Assembly: GCA_000165345.1 (NCBI GenBank)
Contig: CM000435.1
Coordinates: 352,001 to 416,000 of the forward strand
DNA length: 64,000 nucleotides
Direction of reading: 5' to 3'
The translations under genes and the position numbers were made by a program. Under the pieces are notes generated by a model. That model was given only the letters and a program-made list of their open reading frames with translations. It was not told the origin of the DNA and ran no database searches. Below, piece after piece: positions 49,280-59,878 of the stretch; within the stretch, counting starts at the first letter, position 1; each line of letters opens with the position of its first letter.

Positions 49280-52200
49280 ACAAACCAAAACACAATCTTT
49301 ATTTTTCTTTGAATCATCGCTTTCAACAATCATACAATCCCAGACATCATAATCTTCAATGATAATTCTTCGGATAAATCCGTTATGTGTTTTTTCTCCA
49401 AGATTATAACTAACTTTAAAGCTGCTTTTTTCTGTAATTTCTTTAATTGATGACTTGAAAATATCCTCTCTAATGATATAAAATGGAGTAGTAGGTCTAA
49501 AATTAAAGATTTCAAAACTCCTTCTTTGCAAATGGCTTAATCTTCCAGCAGGAAGTCCATTATTTTGAGTAATCAAGTCTAATGGTAGGATTAGTGATAT
49601 ATATCTTGTCTCATTTTGAGATTCTTGATCGTAACTTAAGTTCTTTTTAATAAATGTCTCACGGGACTCAGCAATAGTAAAAGTAGAATCTGCAATCATA
49701 GCATCCCTGTAGGAGTTTGACAGGTTATTATTTTTGATTCTATTAGAAGTTCTTTTTCTCGAAAAGTGTTCAATATTGAGATGCTGAATGTTTTCAAAGC
49801 TTTCCTTCAAATTATCTACTAACTCAACAAGCTCATCTGTACAAGATGAATTTAAACGAGGAGTAACCTGGCAATTAATTAAAATGAAAGGGTAAATAGT
49901 GACTTCATTATCTTCTTGGGTGTTGTTGTTAGAGTCAATTTCAGCTGACTGATTATTATTGGCTAGATTCCCTACATTGTAACATATATTCATAACTTTG
50001 ATTTTCTCAATATTTGCCATATGAGCAGGTATTTCAGTGAATTTTTCAATAAATCTAAGCATTGCACCATTTACTTTTCTATTTTTTGTTAAAATTGAAT
50101 TCATCCAAGAAAGATTAACCAAGAAATGCCCAGATTTGAAATAATAGAATTGATCCATTTGATCTGGAATTTGTTTCTCAATATAATCAAGTTTTTTTTC
50201 ATAATTCTTTCCAATAATGGAAATAAACTCTTCTTTATTATAGACAAAACCACTTCTAGAAGTAAGAATTGAGTCTTGGTTAAAGCCTGATAGTTCATAA
50301 CTTATACTTCCTCCAGTAGAAATAGTAATCAAATCACTAGGAACAATACTTTGCATCCATATTTTCAAATAAGCAGCAATGATTGAGATTCTCTTATTGA
50401 AAGAGGATGTAATAATATCTCCCAAAGGAATTTGAGTTTCTCCTTCAGGAGGATGAATACCACCTAAAGCATCCAACTCCCGTATCCACAAAGAATGCTT
50501 CTGAGATGTTTGTTTATCTAATTGAATGCCAAATGTTTCAAGAGAATCCATTGTAGTTTCGCAAATTTGCTTAATCAAAATAGTTATTTGCTTGAAGGTT
50601 TCTTGTGATGAATAGTATGTAACATCCACTCCTTTAGTAAATTGGCCAAATACTTGAGTAGATAGAGCAAAGATTTTGTCTAAGATTGAAAAATGAGTTT
50701 GAGTGTCATTATTGGCGCAAACAACCATAGGAAGGGTGATTTTAAGATAAATAGTTGTGATTTCCTTTATTATGTTTATGACAGAGAAATAAAAGAACTG
50801 TTTTTCTTGATCAATCCTGAGCAGTGATATGTTAAAAGGAACAAAAACTGGCTTGTTATTGCCAATACATTCTTGTACATATTTAGCAGAATTGAATGTT
50901 TCATGCTCAAACTCTTTTCCATTGAATGCGCTTTTTAGCTTAAGTTTCAGTTGGAACTCACAAAAATGATCTTCACAAAGAGAATTGATCAATGTTTCTA
51001 TCTCTTTCTTCTTACTCACAAACTTATAGTTTGGCTCGGTAGATTTAACCACAGGCTTTGATGAGATTGTTGCTGAGGTTGAATTCAATCTCAAAAAGTT
51101 TTGAATTTCAGCAACTTCTGGAGTAGAAACCAAATTATAAGGTAAGTTTCCTTCAGCTGATAAAGTACATAGAGGATTTGTGCAAGGAGTGGAATGAGAG
51201 ATATATTTATTGTTAAGACCTTCCATACAACTTGAAACAATAATGACCGATTTATATAATGTATTTTGTGTATTTATATTATTAAACAAAAAGTACTTGT
51301 TAGAGAATCGATCCACACCAATAAAATTATCATTTCTCCCAATGTTGATCTTCTTTTTCTGACTATTAAATGCATTATCAATGAATTCTTTGCCTATCTT
51401 TCCACTTCCAAGAGTATCAATCGACCAATTTAGAATTTCAAAGAACGATTCACTATTTAAAGCGCATAAGGAGTTGTTTTTGTCTTGTTTTTTTGATTGA
51501 GACGGTGAGTTTTGATTTGGTGTAATATCGCAAGATTCCATTTTTGTTTCTTCTACTATTAACTGTTCCCCACTATTATAATCATCAAAAGTACTTTCGT
51601 CCAAATAGTCACTAAGTTCATTCATACTAGACTCGTTCATCTTTGCAAGGAGCAAATCCAAAATTACAGGCCAAGATACGCAATCAATAGAGGATTTATT
51701 GATACTTAAAGTATCCAAAAGTTTAAGTTTGATTTCAGAACTCTTTAAATCAGACTCTGAATCAGAATGCTCGGAGTCATTTCTAAATGAAGAGTAACTT
51801 CTTTTGATGCTTGGACTGGTTTTTACTGTTTGGCTGGAATCTTCTGTATTATTTTTCTTTAAGTTAAAAACTTTCTCAGAAATGGCATTAACAAGGCACT
51901 TAATTGTCGAAAATAATGTGTTTTGAGGAAAAGCCTGAACTACTTTAATCAAACTACAAAGTCCTTCTTGACTAATTAAACCAGAAGCTCTTTCTTCTCT
52001 TAATTTTCCAATAACTTTGTTCAGTTCCAAATATACTTGATTTAAAATTTCCAGTGAAATGCATTTTGATTTTTCCAGAACAAAACTCTTTGATTGGAAT
52101 GACTGAATACTAAGTAGTGAACTTGAATAAATCGGTAATTCTAAGAAATCACCAAATGAGTGACAGAAGTCCGAAATCTTGAGTATTTTCTGACAAGTCC

Positions 52201-53626
52201 CGAAGCTATCAGTGAAGTCCTTGAACTTGACTAAAGCAAATTTAAGAGAATCTTCACCCTTATTAACAGAACTTCGTCTTCTCTTTAAATTATTAGCAGT
52301 TGTAGCACATGTTACTGAACTTGCTTGTAGCTTATTACTAGTGAAAATCTTCTCTGAAAGTTCATTGTTCTGTAACAAGCTATTAATATTTGAGCTTATA
52401 TAGCTTTCATCCAAAGTAGGGTCTTCACTTAATATCATTTTTGTGAGTTTATTTTTCATTGACGTAATTATCTGAAGTCCCAAAGTTTTGGATAGATTAT
52501 ACTTTTTCGAGTAAGTTTGTAAATAAAACTCAATGAAGGGAAACATCAACAAAACCTCTTTCTCAGATAATCCAGCAACAAATAAAGGCTCACCCCATGC
52601 AGTTGTAGACTGATCCACAGAAGGATTTGTATCCTTGCAAGCTTTCTTAGTTGGACTTGAAGTCTCGCTAGCAGGCTCTGGGCTCATTTCAGGAATCTGT
52701 TCGGAAGTTTGCTCCTCAGTTTGCTGCTTTGAAACTGGTTTATTAGATGATTTGTCAACCAATTTCCCAGTAACCTGATCAAGGAAAGTCTTGTATCCAA
52801 TTCTATTTGAGTTTGGAGAAAGTAAAGTCTTAATAAGTCTTGAAATAACTTCAAACTTGACCTTTGCAGATGAAAATAACTTGACGTATTTGCTTGCTGG
52901 CCAACACAGCCTATAGCAAGTTTTTGTGCTTCTATTTTCAGACATACTATTGACCCATATATGTGGTGTATCAAACAGATTACCTCCAAATTCAATAGTC
53001 CAAGAATGTATTTTACAAGTAATCTGGAAAGTCTTCAAGTCTCCCTGCTTTAAAATTGACTTTGGCATTTCCTTCATCTTTTTTGGCTTGTAACTTCCCC
53101 CACCTTTTTGGCGAATTCTCTGTAACTTCCTAAAGTTGTCTTTAAGAATATTAGTCTTTTCTTTCTCATAATTTAAAATATATTCAAAAGGGATCAAAGT
53201 ACCAACAAGAGTTAGTTCTTCAAAACTTTGATCATCTTGTGATTTCTCTGTGGCTCCCATATAATTCGAATCAACATTCACTTCAGGATCTGCTGCCTTT
53301 ACAAAAGAATCAAGGGTTCCCTCCTCATTCATAAAATAAATACTTTCAAATTTATTTGGTAAACAGTCTAAGGGCATCATCCTGGAAAGTTTGTTATTGT
53401 ATATCGAAAACTCTGCAATGTATCTATAAGTAATACCATAGTCTCCGCTCAATGTTACCTCTTCTGGAATATCATCTTCAGATGTTAACTCATGTTTAAG
53501 CTTAAAGGCTCCTCCCTCACTTGTATTACTTGACAAACTTGAACGCTTCTTTTTGTTGAAATTCTTACTATTGCTACTACTACTACTAGTATTATTCTCA
53601 TTCAAATTCGAATTTAAGCATGCCAT
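49250..53626 (-). CDS. Hypothetical large protein (1458 aa)
   Basis: Uninterrupted ORF. An in-frame TAA lies about 25 codons upstream of MACLN, so this Met is the likely start. The 3' end overlaps the RNase Z stop by 30 bp (convergent). The short stretch RKLQRIRQKGGGSYKPKKMKEMP faintly resembles the TAF1 segment just before its zinc knuckle, but no knuckle is present. Confidence 0.5.
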   Translation of the reverse strand: MACLNSNLNENNTSSSSSNSKNFNKKKRSSLSSNTSEGGAFKLKHELTSEDDIPEEVTLSGDYGITYRYIAEFSIYNNKLSRMMPLDCLPNKFESIYFMNEEGTLDSFVKAADPEVNVDSNYMGATEKSQDDQSFEELTLVGTLIPFEYILNYEKEKTNILKDNFRKLQRIRQKGGGSYKPKKMKEMPKSILKQGDLKTFQITCKIHSWTIEFGGNLFDTPHIWVNSMSENRSTKTCYRLCWPASKYVKLFSSAKVKFEVISRLIKTLLSPNSNRIGYKTFLDQVTGKLVDKSSNKPVSKQQTEEQTSEQIPEMSPEPASETSSPTKKACKDTNPSVDQSTTAWGEPLFVAGLSEKEVLLMFPFIEFYLQTYSKKYNLSKTLGLQIITSMKNKLTKMILSEDPTLDESYISSNINSLLQNNELSEKIFTSNKLQASSVTCATTANNLKRRRSSVNKGEDSLKFALVKFKDFTDSFGTCQKILKISDFCHSFGDFLELPIYSSSLLSIQSFQSKSFVLEKSKCISLEILNQVYLELNKVIGKLREERASGLISQEGLCSLIKVVQAFPQNTLFSTIKCLVNAISEKVFNLKKNNTEDSSQTVKTSPSIKRSYSSFRNDSEHSDSESDLKSSEIKLKLLDTLSINKSSIDCVSWPVILDLLLAKMNESSMNELSDYLDESTFDDYNSGEQLIVEETKMESCDITPNQNSPSQSKKQDKNNSLCALNSESFFEILNWSIDTLGSGKIGKEFIDNAFNSQKKKINIGRNDNFIGVDRFSNKYFLFNNINTQNTLYKSVIIVSSCMEGLNNKYISHSTPCTNPLCTLSAEGNLPYNLVSTPEVAEIQNFLRLNSTSATISSKPVVKSTEPNYKFVSKKKEIETLINSLCEDHFCEFQLKLKLKSAFNGKEFEHETFNSAKYVQECIGNNKPVFVPFNISLLRIDQEKQFFYFSVINIIKEITTIYLKITLPMVVCANNDTQTHFSILDKIFALSTQVFGQFTKGVDVTYYSSQETFKQITILIKQICETTMDSLETFGIQLDKQTSQKHSLWIRELDALGGIHPPEGETQIPLGDIITSSFNKRISIIAAYLKIWMQSIVPSDLITISTGGSISYELSGFNQDSILTSRSGFVYNKEEFISIIGKNYEKKLDYIEKQIPDQMDQFYYFKSGHFLVNLSWMNSILTKNRKVNGAMLRFIEKFTEIPAHMANIEKIKVMNICYNVGNLANNNQSAEIDSNNNTQEDNEVTIYPFILINCQVTPRLNSSCTDELVELVDNLKESFENIQHLNIEHFSRKRTSNRIKNNNLSNSYRDAMIADSTFTIAESRETFIKKNLSYDQESQNETRYISLILPLDLITQNNGLPAGRLSHLQRRSFEIFNFRPTTPFYIIREDIFKSSIKEITEKSSFKVSYNLGEKTHNGFIRRIIIEDYDVWDCMIVESDDSKKNKDCVLVCLNLWQIISN

Positions 53627-54397
53627 ATTTACATCTTCCCCATAGCTGTTATTTTCATAATAGATCTGGTTGTTGTATAANNTGCCCGAACTAAATTATT
53701 TCATTGAAGTNNTTCTCATTTTCTCGAGGGAAAACGTAATCAGGAATAGCATCCTCCTCCATTCTAAACTGGTTATCTTTCTTCATTATAAATAGGATCG
53801 GAAAGCTTCATAGAAATCTCAAAAGAATCCATCGTACTGCCACAATCAATATTTGAAGACATTTTCCCCCATCAACCTTTTAACCTCTATTAATATTAAT
53901 TAATAAATGTGAATATTAATTAAATTTCAGCTTCTATAAAGGCTATACTATTCTTAATACCAAAATACTTTGTACTTCGTTTCTTATATGCTTTTTACTA
54001 AGATCCCAAAAACATACATATGCATTTATAAATGTATATTTAATGTTAATTAAAACTATACTTCAATTCCATCAACACCAATAATTTTGAGGAGTAACTA
54101 GATTTAACACAAAATTTAAATTGTGAAGAATCTAACTAAGTCTGTGTTTTTACTCCTTATTTTTTCTTGGTTCTCAAAAAACTTTAATCCATATACCTTT
54201 GACTTTTTTGCCAAGCAACCTATTCTCCTCCCACGGCGCTTACATGACTAGACAAACTTAAATAGTAAGTAATATTCAAATTAACTTGATATTGTTCTTT
54301 TTTTTAAAAAAAAAAAAAAAAGGATATAATTACCTCTTTCAAAAACTTATTTTTTTAAAAATTTTGCACCTATGTTTCATAGCTACTTTAATTACAC

Positions 54398-54437
54398 TAC
54401 GTGGAACCAGTTACATGCATGCAAACACGTGTTGAGT
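54398..54437. promoter_or_regulatory. ACGTGGAACCAGTTACATGCATGCAAACACGTG composite element
   Basis: It shares ACCAGTT plus GCATGCAAACA plus CACGTG with the AspRS upstream element. About 800 bp upstream of the 1458-aa gene. Confidence 0.5.
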
Positions 54438-54526
54438 TTTTTTACCATATTCCGAGCATTCATGTGGACAAACAACGTTAGAGTAAAAGAATAATAGTAA
54501 TTTAAATTTAAACAATATTATTTTCT

Positions 54527-55561
54527 TATGGAATCCAATTGATTTCAGGGCGTCGAGTTTTTCTTAGGAATTCATTGCATTTGTTGAAATGATCACAGCC
54601 TAGATTCATTTTTTTAGTTAAAATAGGTATTTGAAAGTATATTATAAGTTAGCCTTTTGATAACTTTTGTTATATTATAAAGGAAAACTCACCCATAAAC
54701 TTCTTTTGTGATAATGGAGAGGGATGAGCTGATTCTAGCACCAAATGTTTCTTTTTGCAAACGCTCGCGGCCTTAGCTTGGGCGGACCTCCCCCAAAGCA
54801 TAAATACTATAGGTCTTTCTAATTTATTAATTTTTGATATAACCATGGATGTAAAGATATCCCNACCCTGAACGATAAAAAAAAGTTAGTAGAAAATTTC
54901 AGTATTCAATAAATTTGTTNGNTTTCTAAACACTGTAGTTATTACTGTCAAACTTACATAAGTCTTNGTGGGACATTGGCTTCCCTTCTTCTACAGAAAG
55001 TAAAGAGTTTAGAAGGAATACTCCCTGTTCAGCCCACGATGATAGGTCTCCATGACCAGGATTACCTTTACCTATTTCTTTATAAATATTTCTTAAACTA
55101 GGAGGAACTGGAACGCCCTTCGGAACTGAGAAACTAAGTCCCATTGCCTGTCCAGGTTGGTGATATGGGTCTTGACCCAAGATTACCACTGAAATCTTGT
55201 TCAATGGAGTAGCTTTGAAACAACTAAACATTTTGTCACTGGGTGGGTACACTTTAGCATAATTCCTTCTTTCTTGAACCTTTTTCATACACTTCACAAA
55301 ATAGGGCTTCCTTAATTCATCTTTAAGGGCCTCAAACCACTCATCTCCAAAGTATTCCCTCAACTCCGACTCACTCGGATAGTACTCTTGATTCTCTTCC
55401 TCAGCCTCCTTACTTGATTTAATTTCTGTTTCTTTAACGCATATTCTCCTATTCTTCACTGCTGAATCTCTATTCAAGTCACTCCCACACTCAATACTGT
55501 CCTTGCAAATGTTTTCTGCACTCCTTTTATTCAAATAAGACAGTATTGACGTTTGACTCAT
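54527..55561 (-). CDS. UNG: Uracil-DNA glycosylase (family 1 UNG), multi-exon. The model is disturbed by ambiguous bases
   Basis: Motifs KVYPPSDKMFSCF, VVILGQDPYHQPGQAMGLSFSV and GVFLLNSLLSV. After four n positions (54884-54967) and a GTAAGT donor near 54935, the frame resumes (DIFTSMVISKINKLERPIVFMLWGRSAQ...LESAHPSPLS). A final GTGAGT intron (about 54600-54690) precedes the last exon GCDHFNKCNEFLRK...INWIP, which ends at the stop codon at 54527-54529. TTGGCGCCGAAA lies about 45 bp upstream. Confidence 0.65.
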
Positions 55562-55603
55562 ATTTCTCTATATATTTATTTACATGTATTAAAAAATAAT
55601 TTG

Positions 55604-55615
55604 TTGGCGCCGAAA
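55604..55615. promoter_or_regulatory. E2F-like TTGGCGCCGAAA, about 45 bp upstream of UNG
   Basis: ttgttggcgccgaaatg. Confidence 0.5.
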
Positions 55616-55840
55616 TGTCGTTCCCTATAATTTAAAAGGCATGAAAAGGAAACACAAGCATGAGGGGAGGGGATAGAGAAGATGGGAAAAACTAATTAAG
55701 ATTTCTATAATAATACTTGGATACTTTCTTCCGTAATCTCCGCCGCTTTTATTCCAAAAAAAAAGTTATTAATGGAATATCAGCAAGGGTGAGAACGAAA
55801 AGAATATGATAGTCTATTATTAAGGAAAAGATGCAACAAC

Positions 55841-56509
55841 TTATTCCATGTCAGCATTTTCGAAGTGAGTCAACTCCTCATTGTGTAGACATGCAATTGG
55901 TTTTATTTCAAACTTTACTGAGGGAATTTCAAGATGTTTAAGTAACAAATATTGGTATTTATTCAAAGGGTTGCCTTTCTCGCATATGATAACTTTTCCC
56001 TGATCAGAGCCAAGAAGAGTTGGCTTAAGCTGAGGAAATTGCTTTCTCATATAAAATTCTGCATTTTTGTATAAACATTCTAACTCTGTGTTTGGTTCAA
56101 CAACGCAAGTAATGTCAGATAGTGAACCTTCTCTACCAAATTCCATCGTAGAACTTTCTTCCAGTACCTTGTTTAAGTTACTAGGAGCCAAGTCTGTAAA
56201 TATAAGACCTCTTTCCCCGCGAAGAAAAGAAGAGATTTTATGAGCATTCTTTGCAGACTCTGAATCTGAGTCTGCACCAAATGCGACCTGAAGAAGTTTG
56301 TTTTTCCCAACTAATAACTTTCCAGGTTCAAGCCTAACTCTAAGTTGTTTTAAAGCAGCATTTCTTTGGTTCTTCAGCTTAACAACATAAATAAACTTGA
56401 ATTTACCAATGTACTCATGTACGTTTTCGATTATTTCTGACTTGTCCTTTCTCTTCTTCTTCAGATCCTTGGTCATAAGGACCTTCTTTACTCTCTTTGA
56501 TTTTGCCAT
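55841..56509 (-). CDS. MRT4: mRNA turnover protein 4 / ribosome assembly factor Mrt4 (uL10-like)
   Basis: MAKSKRVKKVLMTKDLKKKRKDKSEIIENVHEYIGKFKFIYVVKLKNQRNAALKQLR... matches Mrt4 (SKRSKLVTLAQTDKKGRENKE..IFD.VRE). 222 aa. TTGGCGCCAAAT lies about 110 bp upstream. Confidence 0.75.
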   Translation of the reverse strand: MAKSKRVKKVLMTKDLKKKRKDKSEIIENVHEYIGKFKFIYVVKLKNQRNAALKQLRVRLEPGKLLVGKNKLLQVAFGADSDSESAKNAHKISSFLRGERGLIFTDLAPSNLNKVLEESSTMEFGREGSLSDITCVVEPNTELECLYKNAEFYMRKQFPQLKPTLLGSDQGKVIICEKGNPLNKYQYLLLKHLEIPSVKFEIKPIACLHNEELTHFENADME

Positions 56510-56603
56510 CTTCTTTTAACCTACTTTCTTTTTTCCTCCCTAGACAAGAAAATAAATTTTTCTTTTATTTTAATCAATTCGTGACTATTACCCATTTATC
56601 TAC

Positions 56604-56626
56604 ATACCGGCGCATTGGCGCCAAAT
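56604..56626. promoter_or_regulatory. ATACCGGCGCATTGGCGCCAAAT element upstream of Mrt4
   Basis: ACCGG-containing element next to the E2F-like TTGGCGCCAAAT. Confidence 0.5.
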
Positions 56627-56796
56627 GTGTCTACCTTAAGAAAATTAAATGTAGTCTGGCATGCGAAAATAATAGCCTAGAAAAAAAAGAAAGAAAAATG
56701 ATAAGTAAAGGATGTAATTGTTAATTAAGTAGCTTACTATAGGTTTTAGAGCATTTAGTTGACTAATGTGTATCCCTGATTGTGTGAAACTAGAGA

Positions 56797-59700
56797 TTAG
56801 GAATGTTTAGAATGAGCGAGTTGATCGGGAGAGACCAAAACTAGCATCTCTTTAAGAAGCTTATGAATTTTTTCTGCAGAGCTTGACTGAATGCTATACA
56901 TCGAAGTAAGAGAATTTACCAGAGAATTAATAATATGGAAGTTGCAGAAAATGGCATTATGAACATCATCTGGAATGCTACTACCAGCATTGTCGTTTCT
57001 GCAAAGCTCAAACAGTGACACTACATAAGCTTCAATAATTTTTGGTAAGAATCCCACATTTGAAGAGTTTATTCCACTCTCCGACTTTGGGATGAAGTTC
57101 TTTGATTCTATATATTCTTTAGCTGAGCGATAGAAACCCTTTTGAATCAAAACAAATGCATGCACAATCTCATTCAAATATCTAACTTCATCCAACTTTG
57201 TCTGAACTGCAAGACCTTGTTGTAAATAAGAAGAATCTGTAAAAACTTTGTTTATGATGGTCTGTAATTTGTCAAAGAAAAGTTGTTGTCTCGTATTGAG
57301 AGTTGTAAAAGAATAACAAACTGGAAGTCTCAAGCAATCTAAAATTGTGTCCAAGACCTCCTCCAAGAGGTTTGCTTCCATGAAAAATAGAATTGAAGTA
57401 ATATAATGGCCCCTATTTTTAGCTAATCTTGCTATAATACTGTTTATTTCTTCACATATTTCAGAGTATTCACTTGTATTCATACTCTCATATGTATCAA
57501 ACTTAACAAAAGACTTTCCTTGTTCAATATAAGTATGGAAACTAGCACTATCAGTGTAATCATCTTCAACAATATCATGTAATAGACTGAACTCTACATA
57601 ATCCTGTAATATCTTTGTTCTCATTGATTCTGGGAAAAGCCTTGCAAGCTTTGCAACAAAAGGGAAGGGAATATTAAAGTTTTTAATTGATTTCTCAAGA
57701 ACTTCATAAAGGCTTAAAACCCTATCTTCTGGCTCAATCTTGTCAGAAAATGAAGAGAAGACCCCAAATTGATCATTTTCTATTTTTTTCCAAAGTGGAA
57801 TTAAACCAGCAACTGCTAAGTAAAGAACCCACTGAAGTTGTATGATTTTTAATTCATGATGACAAGAATAAATCCACCTCATTGCCTCCCCAAAATGTAA
57901 AGTGTAGCACATTAGTCTTGCCATATTGAGATTTGTCTGTTCTTTTACCATTCTATCATTCTGATTTAACTCATTCTTATCTTCTTGTCTAGATATAGTT
58001 CTTTCATGTAAATGAGAATTCTGGCTACGATTTAAGCTTAACTTAGTGCTTCCTGCATGAGCATCTCCTCTTCTGGATGTATGAGTCAATAAGAAGGGGC
58101 TAACCTCTTCTTGAGAGTGAATGGATAAATCCCGGCTTGATGATTCTCCTCCATAGGAAAATTGGTCTACCTGGTTTCGAAGTCTATTATACAAAGTATT
58201 TAATTCCTTTGCTGATTCATTGTCATCATTAGTCTTAAGGATAATATGAAGTTGATACCAAATATAATCTTCCATATTTGTATTAGGAAGAAGTTTCATC
58301 ACATTCAAAGACTGAGATGAAACGTTAATTATACTGAAAATAACTTGATAATAGGCTTGTTCTCTAAAGTCTGCATCCTGGCTTGGTTTTGAGTAAAACA
58401 TAGAATTCAACTCTCTATATTCTCTGCTAGAGTAAAGGTCTCTATTAAAGTCAAATTGTACGCATTGCTTAATCCAATTCTCCTCACCTTGAACAATATC
58501 ATCATATGTTTGAGAAATTAAGAGTGAACTACTTGTTGAAAGAAGTATTGCTGCTAAACATTTACATACCAAGGAGAAATGTTGAGGTATATGAGAGAAT
58601 TTGGATGCCATATCCCAAAGTATTTGACCAGACCCAATTCTAAATGCCCAGTAAGCCAAAAACCAATAGTGAACTTGTTCGCATGGGAAATTCATATTGT
58701 AATTGATATTTCGTTGGTCTGTTGACTCACTTATGAACAACTTTCTACAAAAATTGGTAAAGTTCTTTAAGGAAATAAGTACACTACTTCCTACTCCTGA
58801 GCCATATCTGTTTCCTAAGAAAATGTTAGAATTGTGATACAAAACATTATCAACAGCAGAAACTTCTAAAGCTCGAATTGAATTAGAAATCATCTGACGA
58901 GTTGTATAATTGTTCTTTGAGGAATTGCCAACTAATAGTGTCAAAAGTCTCCATAGTAATGAAATTTCCTCCTTGTATTCAACAGGAGCCAATAGAGAAC
59001 CCATTTCTTGAATCAACTGGATACGAGAATTGAAGGAAGAAAGACACATTTTCTGAATAGATACATATTTGTCAGAAGCTAAATCAGAAACAGTAACATT
59101 TGGAATAATCTCAGAAAGAACATAATAGTACTCATTAATAGAGTCTTCAGTTCTTCTAGATCCTCCAACTCCTTGCTCTTGTATTGTTTCAAAGTGTGGT
59201 TTTCTAGGATTAAGTAAAAGTCCAAATTCTGATTTGGTTGATAGATGAGAATTATCATTACAATATCCTGATACTATATCCTGTTTTTGACCATCAAGGA
59301 TCTTGGATTTTCTTTCATTCCATTCTGTGAAAAATAAATCAAAGACTTCTGAATAATAAATCTGGAAAATAGACGTAGTAGATTCATCTATCAAGTATGA
59401 AAGAAAATTTGAATAGCTAGTTTGAAGATACTTTGGCAGTCCTCCTGATCCTAACTCACTATAGTTGTCTTTATCCTGCCCACAGCCTCCTCTATGAGGG
59501 GCCCTTTTGAAATTAAAAGCTTCTGCTAAGTATCTCCTTTTAGAGTCATAACTTTCCAGTCTAGAGCTAAGATATTGGATTGAACGCTCAAGAGTTGTAA
59601 TTCCCAAGTCATTTACTATTCCCTTCCCACTACTTGCTCGTTTTGACACACCAAAATACCCCGGCTCTTTTTGCTTACTTCCAAGAGAATCCCTTGAAAC

Positions 59701-59805
59701 ATCCAAAAGCTCTTTAATTCCACTCCAAACCACAGGCTTTAGTATTGGAACTGTCCTATATGCTCTTTCTAGGGAGGAATTTATGTCCATTGAAAAGTTT
59801 GACAT
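56797..59805 (-). CDS. Hypothetical 1002-aa alpha-helical protein (nucleoporin-like or scaffold-like?)
   Basis: Uninterrupted ORF. No catalytic motif. TTGGCGCCCAAG lies about 65 bp upstream. Confidence 0.45.
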   Translation of the reverse strand: MSNFSMDINSSLERAYRTVPILKPVVWSGIKELLDVSRDSLGSKQKEPGYFGVSKRASSGKGIVNDLGITTLERSIQYLSSRLESYDSKRRYLAEAFNFKRAPHRGGCGQDKDNYSELGSGGLPKYLQTSYSNFLSYLIDESTTSIFQIYYSEVFDLFFTEWNERKSKILDGQKQDIVSGYCNDNSHLSTKSEFGLLLNPRKPHFETIQEQGVGGSRRTEDSINEYYYVLSEIIPNVTVSDLASDKYVSIQKMCLSSFNSRIQLIQEMGSLLAPVEYKEEISLLWRLLTLLVGNSSKNNYTTRQMISNSIRALEVSAVDNVLYHNSNIFLGNRYGSGVGSSVLISLKNFTNFCRKLFISESTDQRNINYNMNFPCEQVHYWFLAYWAFRIGSGQILWDMASKFSHIPQHFSLVCKCLAAILLSTSSSLLISQTYDDIVQGEENWIKQCVQFDFNRDLYSSREYRELNSMFYSKPSQDADFREQAYYQVIFSIINVSSQSLNVMKLLPNTNMEDYIWYQLHIILKTNDDNESAKELNTLYNRLRNQVDQFSYGGESSSRDLSIHSQEEVSPFLLTHTSRRGDAHAGSTKLSLNRSQNSHLHERTISRQEDKNELNQNDRMVKEQTNLNMARLMCYTLHFGEAMRWIYSCHHELKIIQLQWVLYLAVAGLIPLWKKIENDQFGVFSSFSDKIEPEDRVLSLYEVLEKSIKNFNIPFPFVAKLARLFPESMRTKILQDYVEFSLLHDIVEDDYTDSASFHTYIEQGKSFVKFDTYESMNTSEYSEICEEINSIIARLAKNRGHYITSILFFMEANLLEEVLDTILDCLRLPVCYSFTTLNTRQQLFFDKLQTIINKVFTDSSYLQQGLAVQTKLDEVRYLNEIVHAFVLIQKGFYRSAKEYIESKNFIPKSESGINSSNVGFLPKIIEAYVVSLFELCRNDNAGSSIPDDVHNAIFCNFHIINSLVNSLTSMYSIQSSSAEKIHKLLKEMLVLVSPDQLAHSKHS

Positions 59806-59870
59806 TTTTTCCCCCTTACACTTTTTTTTCGCTATTTTTCAGTTCCAGCCTTAAAAACCCTATACATGAG

Positions 59871-59878
59871 TTGGCGCC
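59871..59878. promoter_or_regulatory. E2F-like TTGGCGCC, about 65 bp upstream of the 1002-aa gene
   Basis: gagttggcgcccaag. Confidence 0.5.
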
